Assembly: GCA_963845145.1 (NCBI GenBank) | Contig: CAWJQU010000001.1 | Location: forward strand, 160,001 to 224,000 | Reading direction: 5' to 3' | DNA length: 64,000 nt | Origin: an uncultured delta proteobacterium | GTDB taxonomy: Bacteria; Desulfobacterota; Desulfobacteria; Desulfobacterales; QNYZ01 | Shown: positions 1 through 10,057 of the stretch, piece by piece | Numbering within the stretch: the first letter of the stretch is position 1 | How the letters are laid out: each line of letters begins with the position of its first letter | Position numbers and translations under genes: made by a program | Notes under the pieces: model-generated | Seen by the model: the letters and a program-made list of their open reading frames with translations, nothing else | Told to the model about the DNA's origin: nothing | Databases searched by the model: none

Positions 1-452
1 ACTTCCAAATCGAGTTCGCCTTCAAGGATGTATCCTAGCTCCTCACCTTCATGAGTAATGGTGCCATGGCTACCTCCTCCCGGTTTTACGAAATGAATAG
101 ATGCTGCAAGTAGGCGGGCTCTGGCTTGTGGCGTCAGCCACTCCACTTCAGTTCCCTCGCCCTCTCGGGTCGTTGTCATTCCGATGATCGGCCTTGACCC
201 TTTTCGCATGACAATATCAGAGCCAATCTCCTCTTCATACGTGAGGTGTCCAATGGTAATATCTAGCTCTCTGGCGATACGATGTAACATCCGCAGAGAT
301 GGGTTAATTTTATCATTCTCAACCTTGGAGAGCATGCTTTCCGAGCACCCTACCAAGCGGGCCAAGTCCTTTAACCGCAGCCCTTTGACCGTTCGAGCAT
401 GTTTAAGTTTAATGCCTATTCTTAATTGTCTTTCAGTAGGGTCGCTATCCAT
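1..452 (-). CDS. XRE-family HTH transcriptional regulator with cupin domain (3' end runs off the window)
   Basis: Not in the ORF track. Manual translation from ATG 452 gives MDSDPTERQLRIGIKLKHARTVKGLRLKDLARLVGCSESMLSKVENDKINPSLRMLHRIA (HTH_3), then GGGSHGTITHEGEELGYILEGEL (cupin). GAGGA RBS upstream. Confidence 0.9.
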   Translation of the reverse strand, partial: MDSDPTERQLRIGIKLKHARTVKGLRLKDLARLVGCSESMLSKVENDKINPSLRMLHRIARELDITIGHLTYEEEIGSDIVMRKGSRPIIGMTTTREGEGTEVEWLTPQARARLLAASIHFVKPGGGSHGTITHEGEELGYILEGELDLE

Positions 453-779
453 TTGTTCCTCAATGATTTTATAAAAAACCAACTTGGTTGCCACAATTAC
501 AGTCAACCTGCCTGGGTGTCAAGCTACTTGATTTTTATGGGTATATAATGACATGAAATCCCAACTACCGCGAGTTTGCGGCGCGAAATAAGACTCTAAG
601 CCTTTATAATAACAATGCTGCGGGATTTCGGACTGGCCCTCCGGACTCGGATTGCCGACAATTACTTTAATGGATCGTGCTAAATCGGCCAATTCACATT
701 CTCATAATTGTCAACGCTTCTCCTAAAGCCGTTACAACCCCGCACACTTCGCTTTAACCTCATCTGAATCAATTTTCGC

Positions 780-817
780 TTGACAACTTATATTTGTAAT
801 GGTTAAACCATTACAAA
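780..817 (+). promoter_or_regulatory. Sigma70-like promoter overlapped by a perfect palindromic operator, probably the FadR/GntR site
   Basis: TTGACA at 780-785. Perfect inverted repeat TTTGTAATGGTT-A-AACCATTACAAA at 793-817 with the TGGT-N3-ACCA core typical of FadR-subfamily operators. Confidence 0.75.
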
Positions 818-915
818 CTTGGTGGCGATTACACTTATTATAATAAATATAAGTAAGTTATATTACCATAGGTTAGATTATAGAGACGATTAAATCGGTA
901 GAAGGGAAATAATAA

Positions 916-1644
916 ATGTTTAGAGCAGCGAAACAAAACAGAATTTTCCAGGATGTGGTTGATCAAATCCAGGAGATCATCTTATCTGGAAAACTGCCCC
1001 CGGGAAAGATGCTGCCATCTGAACGGGAACTAAAGGATAAGTTGCAAGTGAGCCGCGGAACCTTAAGAGAAGCCCTTAGAGTACTGGAACAAAAAGGTTT
1101 GATTGAAATCAAACTGGGCGTTGGCGGCGGAGCGATGGTCAAAGGGGTCGGTTACGAACAAGTTGGGGAAAGTCTGGCTCTTTTAATTCGTTACCAGAAA
1201 ATATCTCTATTTCATCTGGCCGAATTTCGAAAAACGATTGAAGGCGATGTTGCCGCTCTTGCCGCGAAAAGAGCCCTTCCCGATGATATTGAGCGGCTCA
1301 AAGACCTGCTCGATAAAGCCCGAAAATTCACGAAACAAGGCCAATCGTATGTGGCAGAGTTTATCGGTATCGATAAAGAAATCCACCTGGCCATCGCGAA
1401 GATTTCCCGGAACCCGGTGTATGTATCGCTTCAGCATACGGTACATGACAATATCGACCAATATTATGAAACGTTCCTATCCATGCAAGAACGGGAAATG
1501 AACGAAAACTTTCAGGATCTAAGCAACATTATTCTCGCGATCGAGACACATAATAAACGAGAGGCTCGCTCCCTGGCGCGAGAGCATGTGCTGCGATTTA
1601 ACCATTATATGGAAGGCCACGCACGCCAGGATGGAAATATATGA
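916..1644 (+). CDS. FadR/GntR-family transcriptional regulator
   Basis: wHTH motif LPSERELKDKLQVSRGTLREALRVLEQKGLI followed by an FCD domain. Confidence 0.95.
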   Translation: MFRAAKQNRIFQDVVDQIQEIILSGKLPPGKMLPSERELKDKLQVSRGTLREALRVLEQKGLIEIKLGVGGGAMVKGVGYEQVGESLALLIRYQKISLFHLAEFRKTIEGDVAALAAKRALPDDIERLKDLLDKARKFTKQGQSYVAEFIGIDKEIHLAIAKISRNPVYVSLQHTVHDNIDQYYETFLSMQEREMNENFQDLSNIILAIETHNKREARSLAREHVLRFNHYMEGHARQDGNI

Positions 1645-3731
1645 AAAACTCAAGAATCACTTCCCATCCCGTTATAGAGATTTCTCCCGAAGTAGCGGTA
1701 AACTTTACCTGGAACGGGCGACCCATGGCCGGGTATTTGGGCGAAATGATCTCATCCGCACTGTTTGCAAACAACGTTAAAATCTTTGGCCATCACCCCA
1801 AGGATAACAGCCCCCAGGGTATTTTCTGTGCCAATGGCCAATGTAGCCAATGCCTGGTTATCGCCGATTCACTTCCGGTCAAATCTTGCATGACACCCCT
1901 AAAAGAAGGCATGACCATTCAAAGCGTTGAAGGGTTGCCCACCCTACCGGAAGATGATGTGCCCGTCACCACCGAAGATATTCCGGTACTCGATATTGAT
2001 GTGCTCATTATCGGCGGCGGGCCGGCTGGTCTCACCGCGGCCATTGAAATGGGCAAACTGGAAATCCCCACCATCATCGTTGACGATAAGGATCGTCTGG
2101 GAGGAAAGCTCGTCCTACAGACCCACAAATTTTTCGGCTCGGTGGAAGATTCCCACGCCGGTACGCGTGGATTTGAAATCGCGGCGATATTAGAACAACA
2201 GATCAGCGAGCTTGACGCGATTGATGTCTGGCTTGATAGCACAGCCGTGGGTATCTTTTCAGATGGTATTGTGGGTGTGGTTAAAAACAATAAGTATATG
2301 AAAATTCGGCCCCAAAAGCTCCTCATCACTTCCGGCGCCAGAGAAAAAATGCTCTCTTTTCCGGGCAACACCCTTCCCGGCGTATACGGTGCCGGCGCAT
2401 TTCAAACCCTGGTGAATCGCGATTTGATAAAATGCTCGCAAAAGGTTCTCATCGTCGGGGGGGGCAATGTGGGGTTGATCGCCGGTTATCATGCCATTCA
2501 GGCGGGGATTGAAGTTGTGGCCTTGATTGAGGCGATGCCCCGAGTGGGCGGCTATAAAGTTCATGCCGATAAGCTGATCCGTCTGGGTGTGCCCATTTTC
2601 ACCGGTTATACAGTGGTTTCCGCCACTGGAAACGACCGGGTGGAAACGGTGACCATTGCCCGGCTGGATGAAAACTGGCAGGTGATCGAAGGCACGCACC
2701 AAACGTATGCGGTTGACACGGTCTTGATTGCCGTCGGCCTGGCCGAGGTCAATGAATTTTTCCATAAAGCCCGCCAATTCGGCATGGATGTCTACGCAGC
2801 CGGCGACGCTCAGGAGATCGCCGAGGCATCAGCCGCCATGTTCGCCGGTAAAATCGAAGGGTTGAAGATTGCCAAAGCGTTGGACCGATATGAGGGTGAC
2901 ATCCCCAGGGAATACGATGAAAAAGCAGCCATTTTAAAGTCCAAGCCCGGACGCATCGTCTCGCGCCGAATTCCGGAACGCCAAAGCGGCGTTTTTCCCA
3001 TTTTTCACTGCACCCAGGAAGTGCCCTGCAATCCCTGCACGTCGGTTTGCCCGGAAAAAGTGGTACGGACTGAAAATGATAAAATTACGGGGTTGCCCTA
3101 TGTTACCGATTATGAGCAGTGCAAAGGCTGCCTGGCGTGCGTGGCGATCTGTCCGGGCCTGGCCGCAACGGTAGTAGACTTTCGTAAAAACCCGAATCGA
3201 CCCACAGTGACACTCCCTTACGAAATCTGGCGGGATCGCGTCTCCAAGGGTCAATCCATTCCGGTAACCGATGTGGATGGGGCGCTCTTGGGAAGATATC
3301 CGGTAAAACGAGTGATTGCCAATAAAAAGAAGTACCCGGGCACCCTGCTTGTACAAGTGGAAATGGCGCCTGAATTGGCCAAGCTCGCCGTGGGTATCTG
3401 GGTCCAGGAAAAACAGATTGATCCCTCCGATATTTACGAGCATTCCGCCTTACCGGATGAGGCCATTATCTGTCGCTGCGAGCGCGTCTCCGCTGGTGAA
3501 ATCCGCCAGGCCATCAGAAGCGGAATCAGGGATATGAACCAACTGAAGGCTTTAAATCGTGCCGGTATGGGGGCCTGTGGGTCAAAAACCTGCCGACCGA
3601 TGATCTGGCGCATCTTCCAGGAAGAGGGGGTGAACCTTGGTGAAGTGACCGACCGAGTGGATCGACCCCTATTCGTTGAGGTCCCCCTCGGGGTCATGGC
3701 CGGGGTTCAAGGGGGTGAAGCGGATGCGTAA
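1641..3731 (+). CDS. Fused 2Fe-2S / FAD oxidoreductase / 2x4Fe-4S / BFD-like 2Fe-2S protein (sarcosine oxidase alpha or dye-linked amino-acid dehydrogenase alpha-like)
   Basis: CANGQCSQC...SC; GGGPAG and GGGNVG Rossmann motifs; CTQEVPCNPCTSVCP and CKGCLACVAICP; CRCE...GMGACGSKTC. ATGA overlap with the regulator. Confidence 0.9.
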   Translation: MKNSRITSHPVIEISPEVAVNFTWNGRPMAGYLGEMISSALFANNVKIFGHHPKDNSPQGIFCANGQCSQCLVIADSLPVKSCMTPLKEGMTIQSVEGLPTLPEDDVPVTTEDIPVLDIDVLIIGGGPAGLTAAIEMGKLEIPTIIVDDKDRLGGKLVLQTHKFFGSVEDSHAGTRGFEIAAILEQQISELDAIDVWLDSTAVGIFSDGIVGVVKNNKYMKIRPQKLLITSGAREKMLSFPGNTLPGVYGAGAFQTLVNRDLIKCSQKVLIVGGGNVGLIAGYHAIQAGIEVVALIEAMPRVGGYKVHADKLIRLGVPIFTGYTVVSATGNDRVETVTIARLDENWQVIEGTHQTYAVDTVLIAVGLAEVNEFFHKARQFGMDVYAAGDAQEIAEASAAMFAGKIEGLKIAKALDRYEGDIPREYDEKAAILKSKPGRIVSRRIPERQSGVFPIFHCTQEVPCNPCTSVCPEKVVRTENDKITGLPYVTDYEQCKGCLACVAICPGLAATVVDFRKNPNRPTVTLPYEIWRDRVSKGQSIPVTDVDGALLGRYPVKRVIANKKKYPGTLLVQVEMAPELAKLAVGIWVQEKQIDPSDIYEHSALPDEAIICRCERVSAGEIRQAIRSGIRDMNQLKALNRAGMGACGSKTCRPMIWRIFQEEGVNLGEVTDRVDRPLFVEVPLGVMAGVQGGEADA

Positions 3732-4875
3732 TTATGATGTTATCGTCGTCGGAGCGGGATCCCTCGGTGTTCCCATGGGTATGGCTCTCGGCAAATTGGG
3801 CCTCAAAACCATCGTCGTGGATAAAAAGCCATCCCCCGGACAAGGTGAAAACAAACATGCCATCGGCGGTATTCGCGCCACCCACTCTTCTCCGGCGAAA
3901 ATTCTCACGGGATTACGGTCGCTGGCCATTTTTTCCACCTGGAAGCAAGATCATGGCGATGATATCGAGTGGTTAAAGGGCGGCTACCTTTTCCCTGTGT
4001 ACCGAACAAAAGAGGAGAAGGCTTTAAAAAGCATTTTGCCCCTGCAAAAACGATTCGGGCTCAATATCGACTTTTTTGACGCCAAAAAGATAAGTGAATG
4101 TGTCCCGGGCATTAACACTACCGGGCTCATCGGTGGGACCTTCTCTCCGGATGATGGCTCGGCATCACCACTTTTGGCGATCAATGCCTTTTATCGCAAA
4201 GCATTGGCAACCGGTGTGACATTCAGGTTCAATACCATGGTAACCGGTATCACTCGCACGGCCAAGGGCATTACCGGAATTACGACAGACACAGGATCGA
4301 TTGCCGCTCCAATCGTTGTCGATGCGGCCGGTGGATACTCAAAGGCGCTGGGTGAAACCATAAACATCCACGTCCCCGTTACCCCGGACTCCCATGAAGG
4401 CGCGATTACTGAACCGGTAACAAGATTCTTTAGTTGTATGATTGTCGATCTTCGCCCGGCCCCGGGATCGAAGAATTATTATTTTTACCAGAATTTACAC
4501 GGTCAGGTCGTATTCTGTATTACTCCGGACCCACCCATTGTTGGCACGGACAAACGGGAAACCAGCACTTTCTTGCCCCAGATTGGCGCCCGAATCGTCG
4601 ATCTTTTACCGCGCATTAAAAATATCAGGGTGCGAAGGGTATGGCGCGGCCTTTACCCCATGAGCCCGGACGGCTCACCCATTGTCGGGTGGAACCGGGA
4701 AGCCAGCGGTTTGTTCCACGTCACGGGCATGTGTGGTCAGGGGTTTATGTTGGGGCCGGGTATCGCTGAAGTTGCCGCCCGCATGATAACCGAAACGACT
4801 ACGGCTGATGACAAACCGATCATTGATGAATTTTCACCGCATCGCGTGTTTGGCGGGGAGGAGGCGTTGAAATAG
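3724..4875 (+). CDS. DAO-family FAD-dependent oxidoreductase (sarcosine oxidase beta or amino-acid dehydrogenase catalytic subunit-like)
   Basis: Start taken at ATG 3724 (MRNYDVIVVGAGSLG). WRGLYPMSPDGSPIVG and GMCGQGFMLGPG motifs. Confidence 0.9.
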   Translation: MRNYDVIVVGAGSLGVPMGMALGKLGLKTIVVDKKPSPGQGENKHAIGGIRATHSSPAKILTGLRSLAIFSTWKQDHGDDIEWLKGGYLFPVYRTKEEKALKSILPLQKRFGLNIDFFDAKKISECVPGINTTGLIGGTFSPDDGSASPLLAINAFYRKALATGVTFRFNTMVTGITRTAKGITGITTDTGSIAAPIVVDAAGGYSKALGETINIHVPVTPDSHEGAITEPVTRFFSCMIVDLRPAPGSKNYYFYQNLHGQVVFCITPDPPIVGTDKRETSTFLPQIGARIVDLLPRIKNIRVRRVWRGLYPMSPDGSPIVGWNREASGLFHVTGMCGQGFMLGPGIAEVAARMITETTTADDKPIIDEFSPHRVFGGEEALK

Positions 4876-4960
4876 TTGGCCGACTCAAATCTACCATTTA
4901 ATAAATACGACACCGTATTAAAATCCCTTTTAACCCAAAGACCTATTAAGGAGTAATTTC

Positions 4961-7102
4961 ATGGGTAAATTATCTGCTAAAGAGATAACGACATTTGACT
5001 ACGAGCGCCCGGACATCGACAAGGGGTACGCTAATCAAACCCTTTGTGTAGACCTTACCACCGCCCAGGTGTCTATAAAACCGGTATCGAAACAGATGAA
5101 AGATATTTTTATCGGTGGAAAGGGGTTTGATCTATGGCTGTTATGGCAGGCCGTTAATTCGCAAACAAAATGGAACGACCCCGAGAATGCCATCTGCATC
5201 TCATCCGGGCCGATGGGGGGAACGCCGGCATATCCCGGCTCAGGGAAAAGCATCGTCACCACCCTTTCCCCCACCACCGGATCGGTAATGGATTCCAACG
5301 TTGGTGGTTATTTTGGCCCCTATTTAAAATTTTCAGGCTTTGATGCCCTTGAGATCGTCGGGAAAAGTAAGGGCGATACGGTCGTATTGATCGATGGCGT
5401 GGATGAAAAGGTGCGCATTTTTGAATTCGACAATTTGACGGATGATTCTTATGAGATGTCTGCCATCCTGACCAAATACTTCAGCAAAGACAAGCAAGAA
5501 GAGGTGTCAGTGGTATCGACCGGACTCGGTGCCAAGCACAGCCTGCTGGGGTGTCTCAATTTTTCCTGGTATGATGTCAAAAGAAAACGGGCCCGCTATA
5601 AACAGGCCGGTCGGGGTGGTATCGGAACGGTCTTTGCGGATAAAGGGGTAAAGGCGGTTGTGGCCCGGTGGAACAAGGTATCGCTAAACACAAACAACCC
5701 CGCCGATAAAGACGCCTTGAAAACGGTTGCCCGGTGTCACTCCAGAGAGATCGTAGCGCTGGATCCAAAACAAAACGAGATGGCCAAGATTGGAACCACC
5801 CATTTGGTACCGATTATGAATGACTATGATTTGCTTCCTACGCACAATTTCAAATACGGCCAACACCCCAGTGCCCATGCCATTGGCCGGGAAGTCTATG
5901 AGGGCCTGTTTGATCCGGGTTTCGACGGTTGCTGGAAAGGGTGTACGGTTGCCTGCGCCCATGGCGTTAAAGATTTCGTGCCGATAAGCGGGCCGTATAA
6001 AGGCAAAAAAGTATTCGTCGACGGTCCTGAATATGAGACGATTGCCGGCTGCGGTTCAAATCTTGGGATTTTCGATCCACTCACCATTCTCGAATTTAAC
6101 TTCTATTGCGACACCTATGGTGTCGATACGATCTCCGTGGGCACGGGCATGGCTTTTGTCATGGAATGTTATGAAATGGGCCTGATCAATTCCAGCCATA
6201 CAGGTGGCTTGGATCTGTTTTTCGGCAACCGGATCGACGCCTTGGAACTGCTTCACCAAATGGCCAGGGGTGATGAGGGGTTTGGTGCAATATTCGGCCA
6301 GGGTATTCGTCGGATGAAGGCTATCTTTGCCGAAAAATTCGGGGCCGACCGGGCCATTATGGAAGACATCGGCATGGAATCCAAAGGACTCGAATATTCA
6401 GAATATATGACCAAGGAGTCTCTTGCCCAACAGGGCGGTTACGGCATGGCATTGAAAGGACCCCAGCACGATGAAGCCTGGTTGATTTTCCTCGACATGG
6501 TGCACAATTTCATGCCCACCTTTGAGCAAAAAGCCGAAGCACTGCACTGGTTTCCCATGTTTCGCACCTGGTTCGGTTTATGCGGGCTATGCAAGCTGCC
6601 ATGGAATGATATCGTCCCCGAAGATAATAAGGATACTGCCGAACCGGCCAAGGTCATGCAGCATGTAAACTGGTATGCAGACTACTACACAGCCGTTACC
6701 GGCCGAGGTGTCACTCCCGATGATTTAATTAGTATGAGTGAAGGCGTATATAATTTTCAACGCGTTTTCAATCTCCGCATGGGGTTCGGAAAACGCGAGC
6801 ATGACGCGATTCCCTACCGAAGTGTGGGCCCCGTTACCGTTGATGAATATGAATCCAGAAGTGAGCGTTATGACGAACAGCTTAGTGGAATCTGGAAGAT
6901 AGATATCGAAGGAATGGCAACCGCCGAAAAGGTTTCTGAACTGAGAAAGTTCAGAGAAGCACAATATGAAAAATTACAAGACGCGGTGTATGCGCGCAGG
7001 GGCTGGACGCCGGACGGAATCCCTTCTATAGCGACCGTCAAGCGACTCGGTATTGATTTTCCTGAGGTGGTTCGTGTCTTGAACGAAAACGGTGTGGCGT
7101 AA
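4961..7102 (+). CDS. Aldehyde:ferredoxin oxidoreductase family (W/Mo bis-pterin)
   Basis: FIGGKG, AGRGGIG, CWKGCTVAC, GPEYETI, CDTYGVDTISVG, CGLCKLP, YARRGWTPDGIP. AAGGAG RBS. Confidence 0.93.
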   Translation: MGKLSAKEITTFDYERPDIDKGYANQTLCVDLTTAQVSIKPVSKQMKDIFIGGKGFDLWLLWQAVNSQTKWNDPENAICISSGPMGGTPAYPGSGKSIVTTLSPTTGSVMDSNVGGYFGPYLKFSGFDALEIVGKSKGDTVVLIDGVDEKVRIFEFDNLTDDSYEMSAILTKYFSKDKQEEVSVVSTGLGAKHSLLGCLNFSWYDVKRKRARYKQAGRGGIGTVFADKGVKAVVARWNKVSLNTNNPADKDALKTVARCHSREIVALDPKQNEMAKIGTTHLVPIMNDYDLLPTHNFKYGQHPSAHAIGREVYEGLFDPGFDGCWKGCTVACAHGVKDFVPISGPYKGKKVFVDGPEYETIAGCGSNLGIFDPLTILEFNFYCDTYGVDTISVGTGMAFVMECYEMGLINSSHTGGLDLFFGNRIDALELLHQMARGDEGFGAIFGQGIRRMKAIFAEKFGADRAIMEDIGMESKGLEYSEYMTKESLAQQGGYGMALKGPQHDEAWLIFLDMVHNFMPTFEQKAEALHWFPMFRTWFGLCGLCKLPWNDIVPEDNKDTAEPAKVMQHVNWYADYYTAVTGRGVTPDDLISMSEGVYNFQRVFNLRMGFGKREHDAIPYRSVGPVTVDEYESRSERYDEQLSGIWKIDIEGMATAEKVSELRKFREAQYEKLQDAVYARRGWTPDGIPSIATVKRLGIDFPEVVRVLNENGVA

Positions 7103-7184
7103 CCGCGCCATACCCTCAACGCTTCACGCTTGGGGCCTAGATGGTGAATAAGGCGTCATTTCACCGGATGAATTTAAAAAAAAG

Positions 7185-7273
7185 GGCTGGAGGCGACCCA
7201 ATATCCAAATGATATATCCAAATTATATACCCAATAGGGTCGCCTCTGGTAGGGTCGCCTCTGGATTCCAGCC
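7185..7273. repeat. Intergenic inverted and tandem repeat between convergent genes, possible terminator
   Basis: GAGGCGACCC pairs with GGGTCGCCTC. TAGGGTCGCCTCTGG is tandemly duplicated (7235-7249, 7250-7264). Imperfect ATATCCAAAT repeats lie in the loop. Confidence 0.6.
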
Positions 7274-8320
7274 TCAATCGCCGATGTGCACCGAAACGGC
7301 GTGCTCTCGCACCCCGTTATTCCCATAACCCAAAACATTCCACTGGGCGGTTTCCGGTTGACGCCGGCCGTTGGTGTCGGTTGCCCGCGCCATAATGGTA
7401 TAATCTCCCTTGACCTTTACATCCCATAAATATTCCCAGTGACGCCAGGCATAGGGCTGTTCAATCCCGATTAAATCGGCCGAATGCCAGTTGGCGCCAA
7501 GATCGGTGGATACCTCTACTTTCTCAATACCGGCTTCTCCGGCATAGGCCGCGCCTCTGATCGGTACAATTCCGATGGGCAAGTGCGCGTTGGGTTCAGG
7601 GTCAACGATGATGGCTTTTACATCAATTGCGTCCACCACCTTACCGGACTTGCGGTCTTCTCCCTTTTGGAAAACGCGGTAAACGTTGTCCATGAAAAAT
7701 CCTTCGAACGGTTTATCCATCGCTGTAATCGCTTTCAGCCATTTGACACAATTCGCACCGGTCCAGCCCAAGGCCAACGCCCGCAGCGGGTATCCGTGTT
7801 CAAGCGGCAACGGCCGACCGTTCATTTCGTATACCAATAAAGTCGATGACATGGCCTTTTCGACGGGAATGCTGCGGATAAATTTAATCCCGGCAGAGCC
7901 CAGCGGTTTATCCAATCCCTCAAAAGCGATATGTTTAGCATTTTCTTTCAATCCGGCTTTTTCAAGCAAATCGCTTAATCGAATGCCGCCCCAAATGGCG
8001 TTGCCGACACCACCTATGGTCCAGGGATTGCCGGAGGCCTTCTCCTTTAACAGAGACCGGCTATTGCCGGAGCATTCCAGCGTGTCGGCCGCCTCCACCT
8101 TGGGAAATTGCAGCAATTCGTCAAACGTCAATAACAAATCCCTTTTTACCAGGCCCTCGATACTTAATCGCCAATCCGACAGGCTGACCGGCGCATCCAT
8201 AATTTTTCCCTGATTACGCTTAAAAAAGGACTCATTGTCGGTAATCCAGGTACGCAAAGATTTATTCGATGTTTCGGCGTTCAGTGGTCTTTCAGACATC
8301 ACCCGCAAAGTTTTATCCAT
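7274..8320 (-). CDS. Sulfite oxidase-family molybdoenzyme, no signal peptide
   Basis: PLNAET, Moco Cys in LECSGNSR, YEMNGRPLPLEHGYPLR, CVKWL, dimerisation domain WNVLGYGNN. GGAGG RBS favours ATG 8320. Confidence 0.92.
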   Translation of the reverse strand: MDKTLRVMSERPLNAETSNKSLRTWITDNESFFKRNQGKIMDAPVSLSDWRLSIEGLVKRDLLLTFDELLQFPKVEAADTLECSGNSRSLLKEKASGNPWTIGGVGNAIWGGIRLSDLLEKAGLKENAKHIAFEGLDKPLGSAGIKFIRSIPVEKAMSSTLLVYEMNGRPLPLEHGYPLRALALGWTGANCVKWLKAITAMDKPFEGFFMDNVYRVFQKGEDRKSGKVVDAIDVKAIIVDPEPNAHLPIGIVPIRGAAYAGEAGIEKVEVSTDLGANWHSADLIGIEQPYAWRHWEYLWDVKVKGDYTIMARATDTNGRRQPETAQWNVLGYGNNGVREHAVSVHIGD

Positions 8321-8419
8321 CACAATACCTCCGTTTGAGTCTATTCTTTATTAAAATACTCAAGGACGGCCCAATTTGTCAAACATCCATGAGGGCACAC
8401 AAATGATTCTCTTAATTTC

Positions 8420-8449
8420 TTGACACGGTAATCATAAAGACTTTACAAT
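8420..8449 (+). promoter_or_regulatory. Putative sigma70 promoter of the ABC/NosL operon
   Basis: TTGACA-N18-TACAAT. Confidence 0.5.
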
Positions 8450-8499
8450 ACTTTAATCAAGCAAATACAACCGTACTGTCCATAAGTACTTTAGTAAAT

Positions 8500-8868
8500 A
8501 TGAGCATTTTCAAAGCCCTCAGGCCATTGACTTTTGACTCAAAAAAATCCTTGGCGATCTATTGTCTCTACATGGCCATCTGCATGGGTGTTTTTCTTAT
8601 CCTGTGTTTTAATATAAACACCAAATACTCCGAAAAAAACGATTCCAACATCACCAAAACGAACCTGTTGAGAAGTCTCCACATTGCCAGCCCCGCTTTG
8701 GTTCCCGCAGGCAGAAATATTGCCTTTGAAACAGGCAATGCCGTATCAAATGCACCTGCATCTTATTTAACCATGCTTGATTGCTGTGAATCGGATGAGG
8801 CGATTGCGAGCCGAATATCTATCGGTAAAACAACCTGTACAATCATCAAACGGGAAAAAAAAGATTAA
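8500..8868 (+). CDS. Hypothetical membrane-anchored protein
   Basis: 122 aa ORF with one hydrophobic segment, first gene of an apparent operon. Confidence 0.55.
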   Translation: MSIFKALRPLTFDSKKSLAIYCLYMAICMGVFLILCFNINTKYSEKNDSNITKTNLLRSLHIASPALVPAGRNIAFETGNAVSNAPASYLTMLDCCESDEAIASRISIGKTTCTIIKREKKD

Positions 8869-10057
8869 GTACTTCCACTTCCTCATTCTTGCCGTAAAAA
8901 ATCTTTCCCATGAGAAAGCACGGGCCCTGGCTGTCGCCGTTCCGTTGGCGCTGATCATTGCCATTGTCGGCGCCATGACCTTTTACATTGAAGGCGTTGA
9001 AAAAGACGCGCTTTTGGCAAGCGACTATTTTCCCGATATCCTCCTGCAACAGCAGGTGGGCGGACGCACGGAATCGCTTCTAATGGATAGGTACGAAGAG
9101 GTTCTCAGCGACCACAAGGCTATTTTATCATTTTTTCCAAGAATTTGGGGCTATATCAATTTCTCCGACGACAAGAATATCGGCAAAGCCTTTGTCGTGA
9201 TGGGCCTTGACCCCAAATACATCAAGTCCGGTCTTGTTTTGGATGCAACGATCGAAAAAGGCCGCATGATTAAAGGGGACGAAAAAAATAAGGGAATTAT
9301 CGGCAAAGCCTTATCCCACGCGTTAAATTGCGGGATCGGGGACATGATTGACGTTTCGTCACCCAGTATTCGGAGGAAAACATCAATTGAAGTCGTGGGG
9401 ATTTTTTCCTCGCCGATCCAGATTTACACCGCCGACCTGCTCTTGGTCAATACCGCCACCGCCCAGGAAATAGTCGGTTTCTACGAGGGAAACGAATATT
9501 CGGATGTGCTGATCTATTTAAAAAACACATCCATGGCCAATGTGGTCGCAGCCGACATCAGTAAAGCGATAGAGGGGGCCAGGCCATTGACCAAGGCCAC
9601 CATGCATACCCTCACCATTCAGTCCTTCGGTCAACGTTCCGGTTTCTTTCACCTTATCTGGTTTATTCTGCTTATTAATACCATTATCATCGCCTGGTCG
9701 ATCATGAGCCAGATATCATTTAACCTTAAAAAAGAGATCGGCATTCTTAAAGCCATCGGCTGGGACACCGGCGACATTATGATTTTGAAAACCATTGAGG
9801 TTTTTCTAATCAGCGCCGCCGGGGTTGTCACAGGATTGGTCATGGGGGCCGGGTATATGCTTCTTGATGCACCCGGGTTAAAAAGGTTTGTCATCGGCTG
9901 GGCCGATATTTATCCGGATTTCCCGATTCCCCTTTATATTGACTTTAAAACCGTATCCCTTCTGATTGTCCTGGGGATTCTGCCCCTACTTGCCGGCACA
10001 CTCATTCCGGTATGGAGAATCGGTAGTATTGACCCGGATGAGGCCATTCGAAGATGA
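8777..10057 (+). CDS. ABC transporter permease, FtsX/MacB/LolE family (start uncertain)
   Basis: N-terminal TM, periplasmic domain, KKEIGILKAIGW, three C-terminal TMs ending IDPDEAIR. Confidence 0.88.
   Translation: MIAVNRMRRLRAEYLSVKQPVQSSNGKKKIKYFHFLILAVKNLSHEKARALAVAVPLALIIAIVGAMTFYIEGVEKDALLASDYFPDILLQQQVGGRTESLLMDRYEEVLSDHKAILSFFPRIWGYINFSDDKNIGKAFVVMGLDPKYIKSGLVLDATIEKGRMIKGDEKNKGIIGKALSHALNCGIGDMIDVSSPSIRRKTSIEVVGIFSSPIQIYTADLLLVNTATAQEIVGFYEGNEYSDVLIYLKNTSMANVVAADISKAIEGARPLTKATMHTLTIQSFGQRSGFFHLIWFILLINTIIIAWSIMSQISFNLKKEIGILKAIGWDTGDIMILKTIEVFLISAAGVVTGLVMGAGYMLLDAPGLKRFVIGWADIYPDFPIPLYIDFKTVSLLIVLGILPLLAGTLIPVWRIGSIDPDEAIRR

Noticed and set aside
184..474. 96-aa plus-strand ORF
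   Set aside because: Antisense to the XRE-cupin gene.
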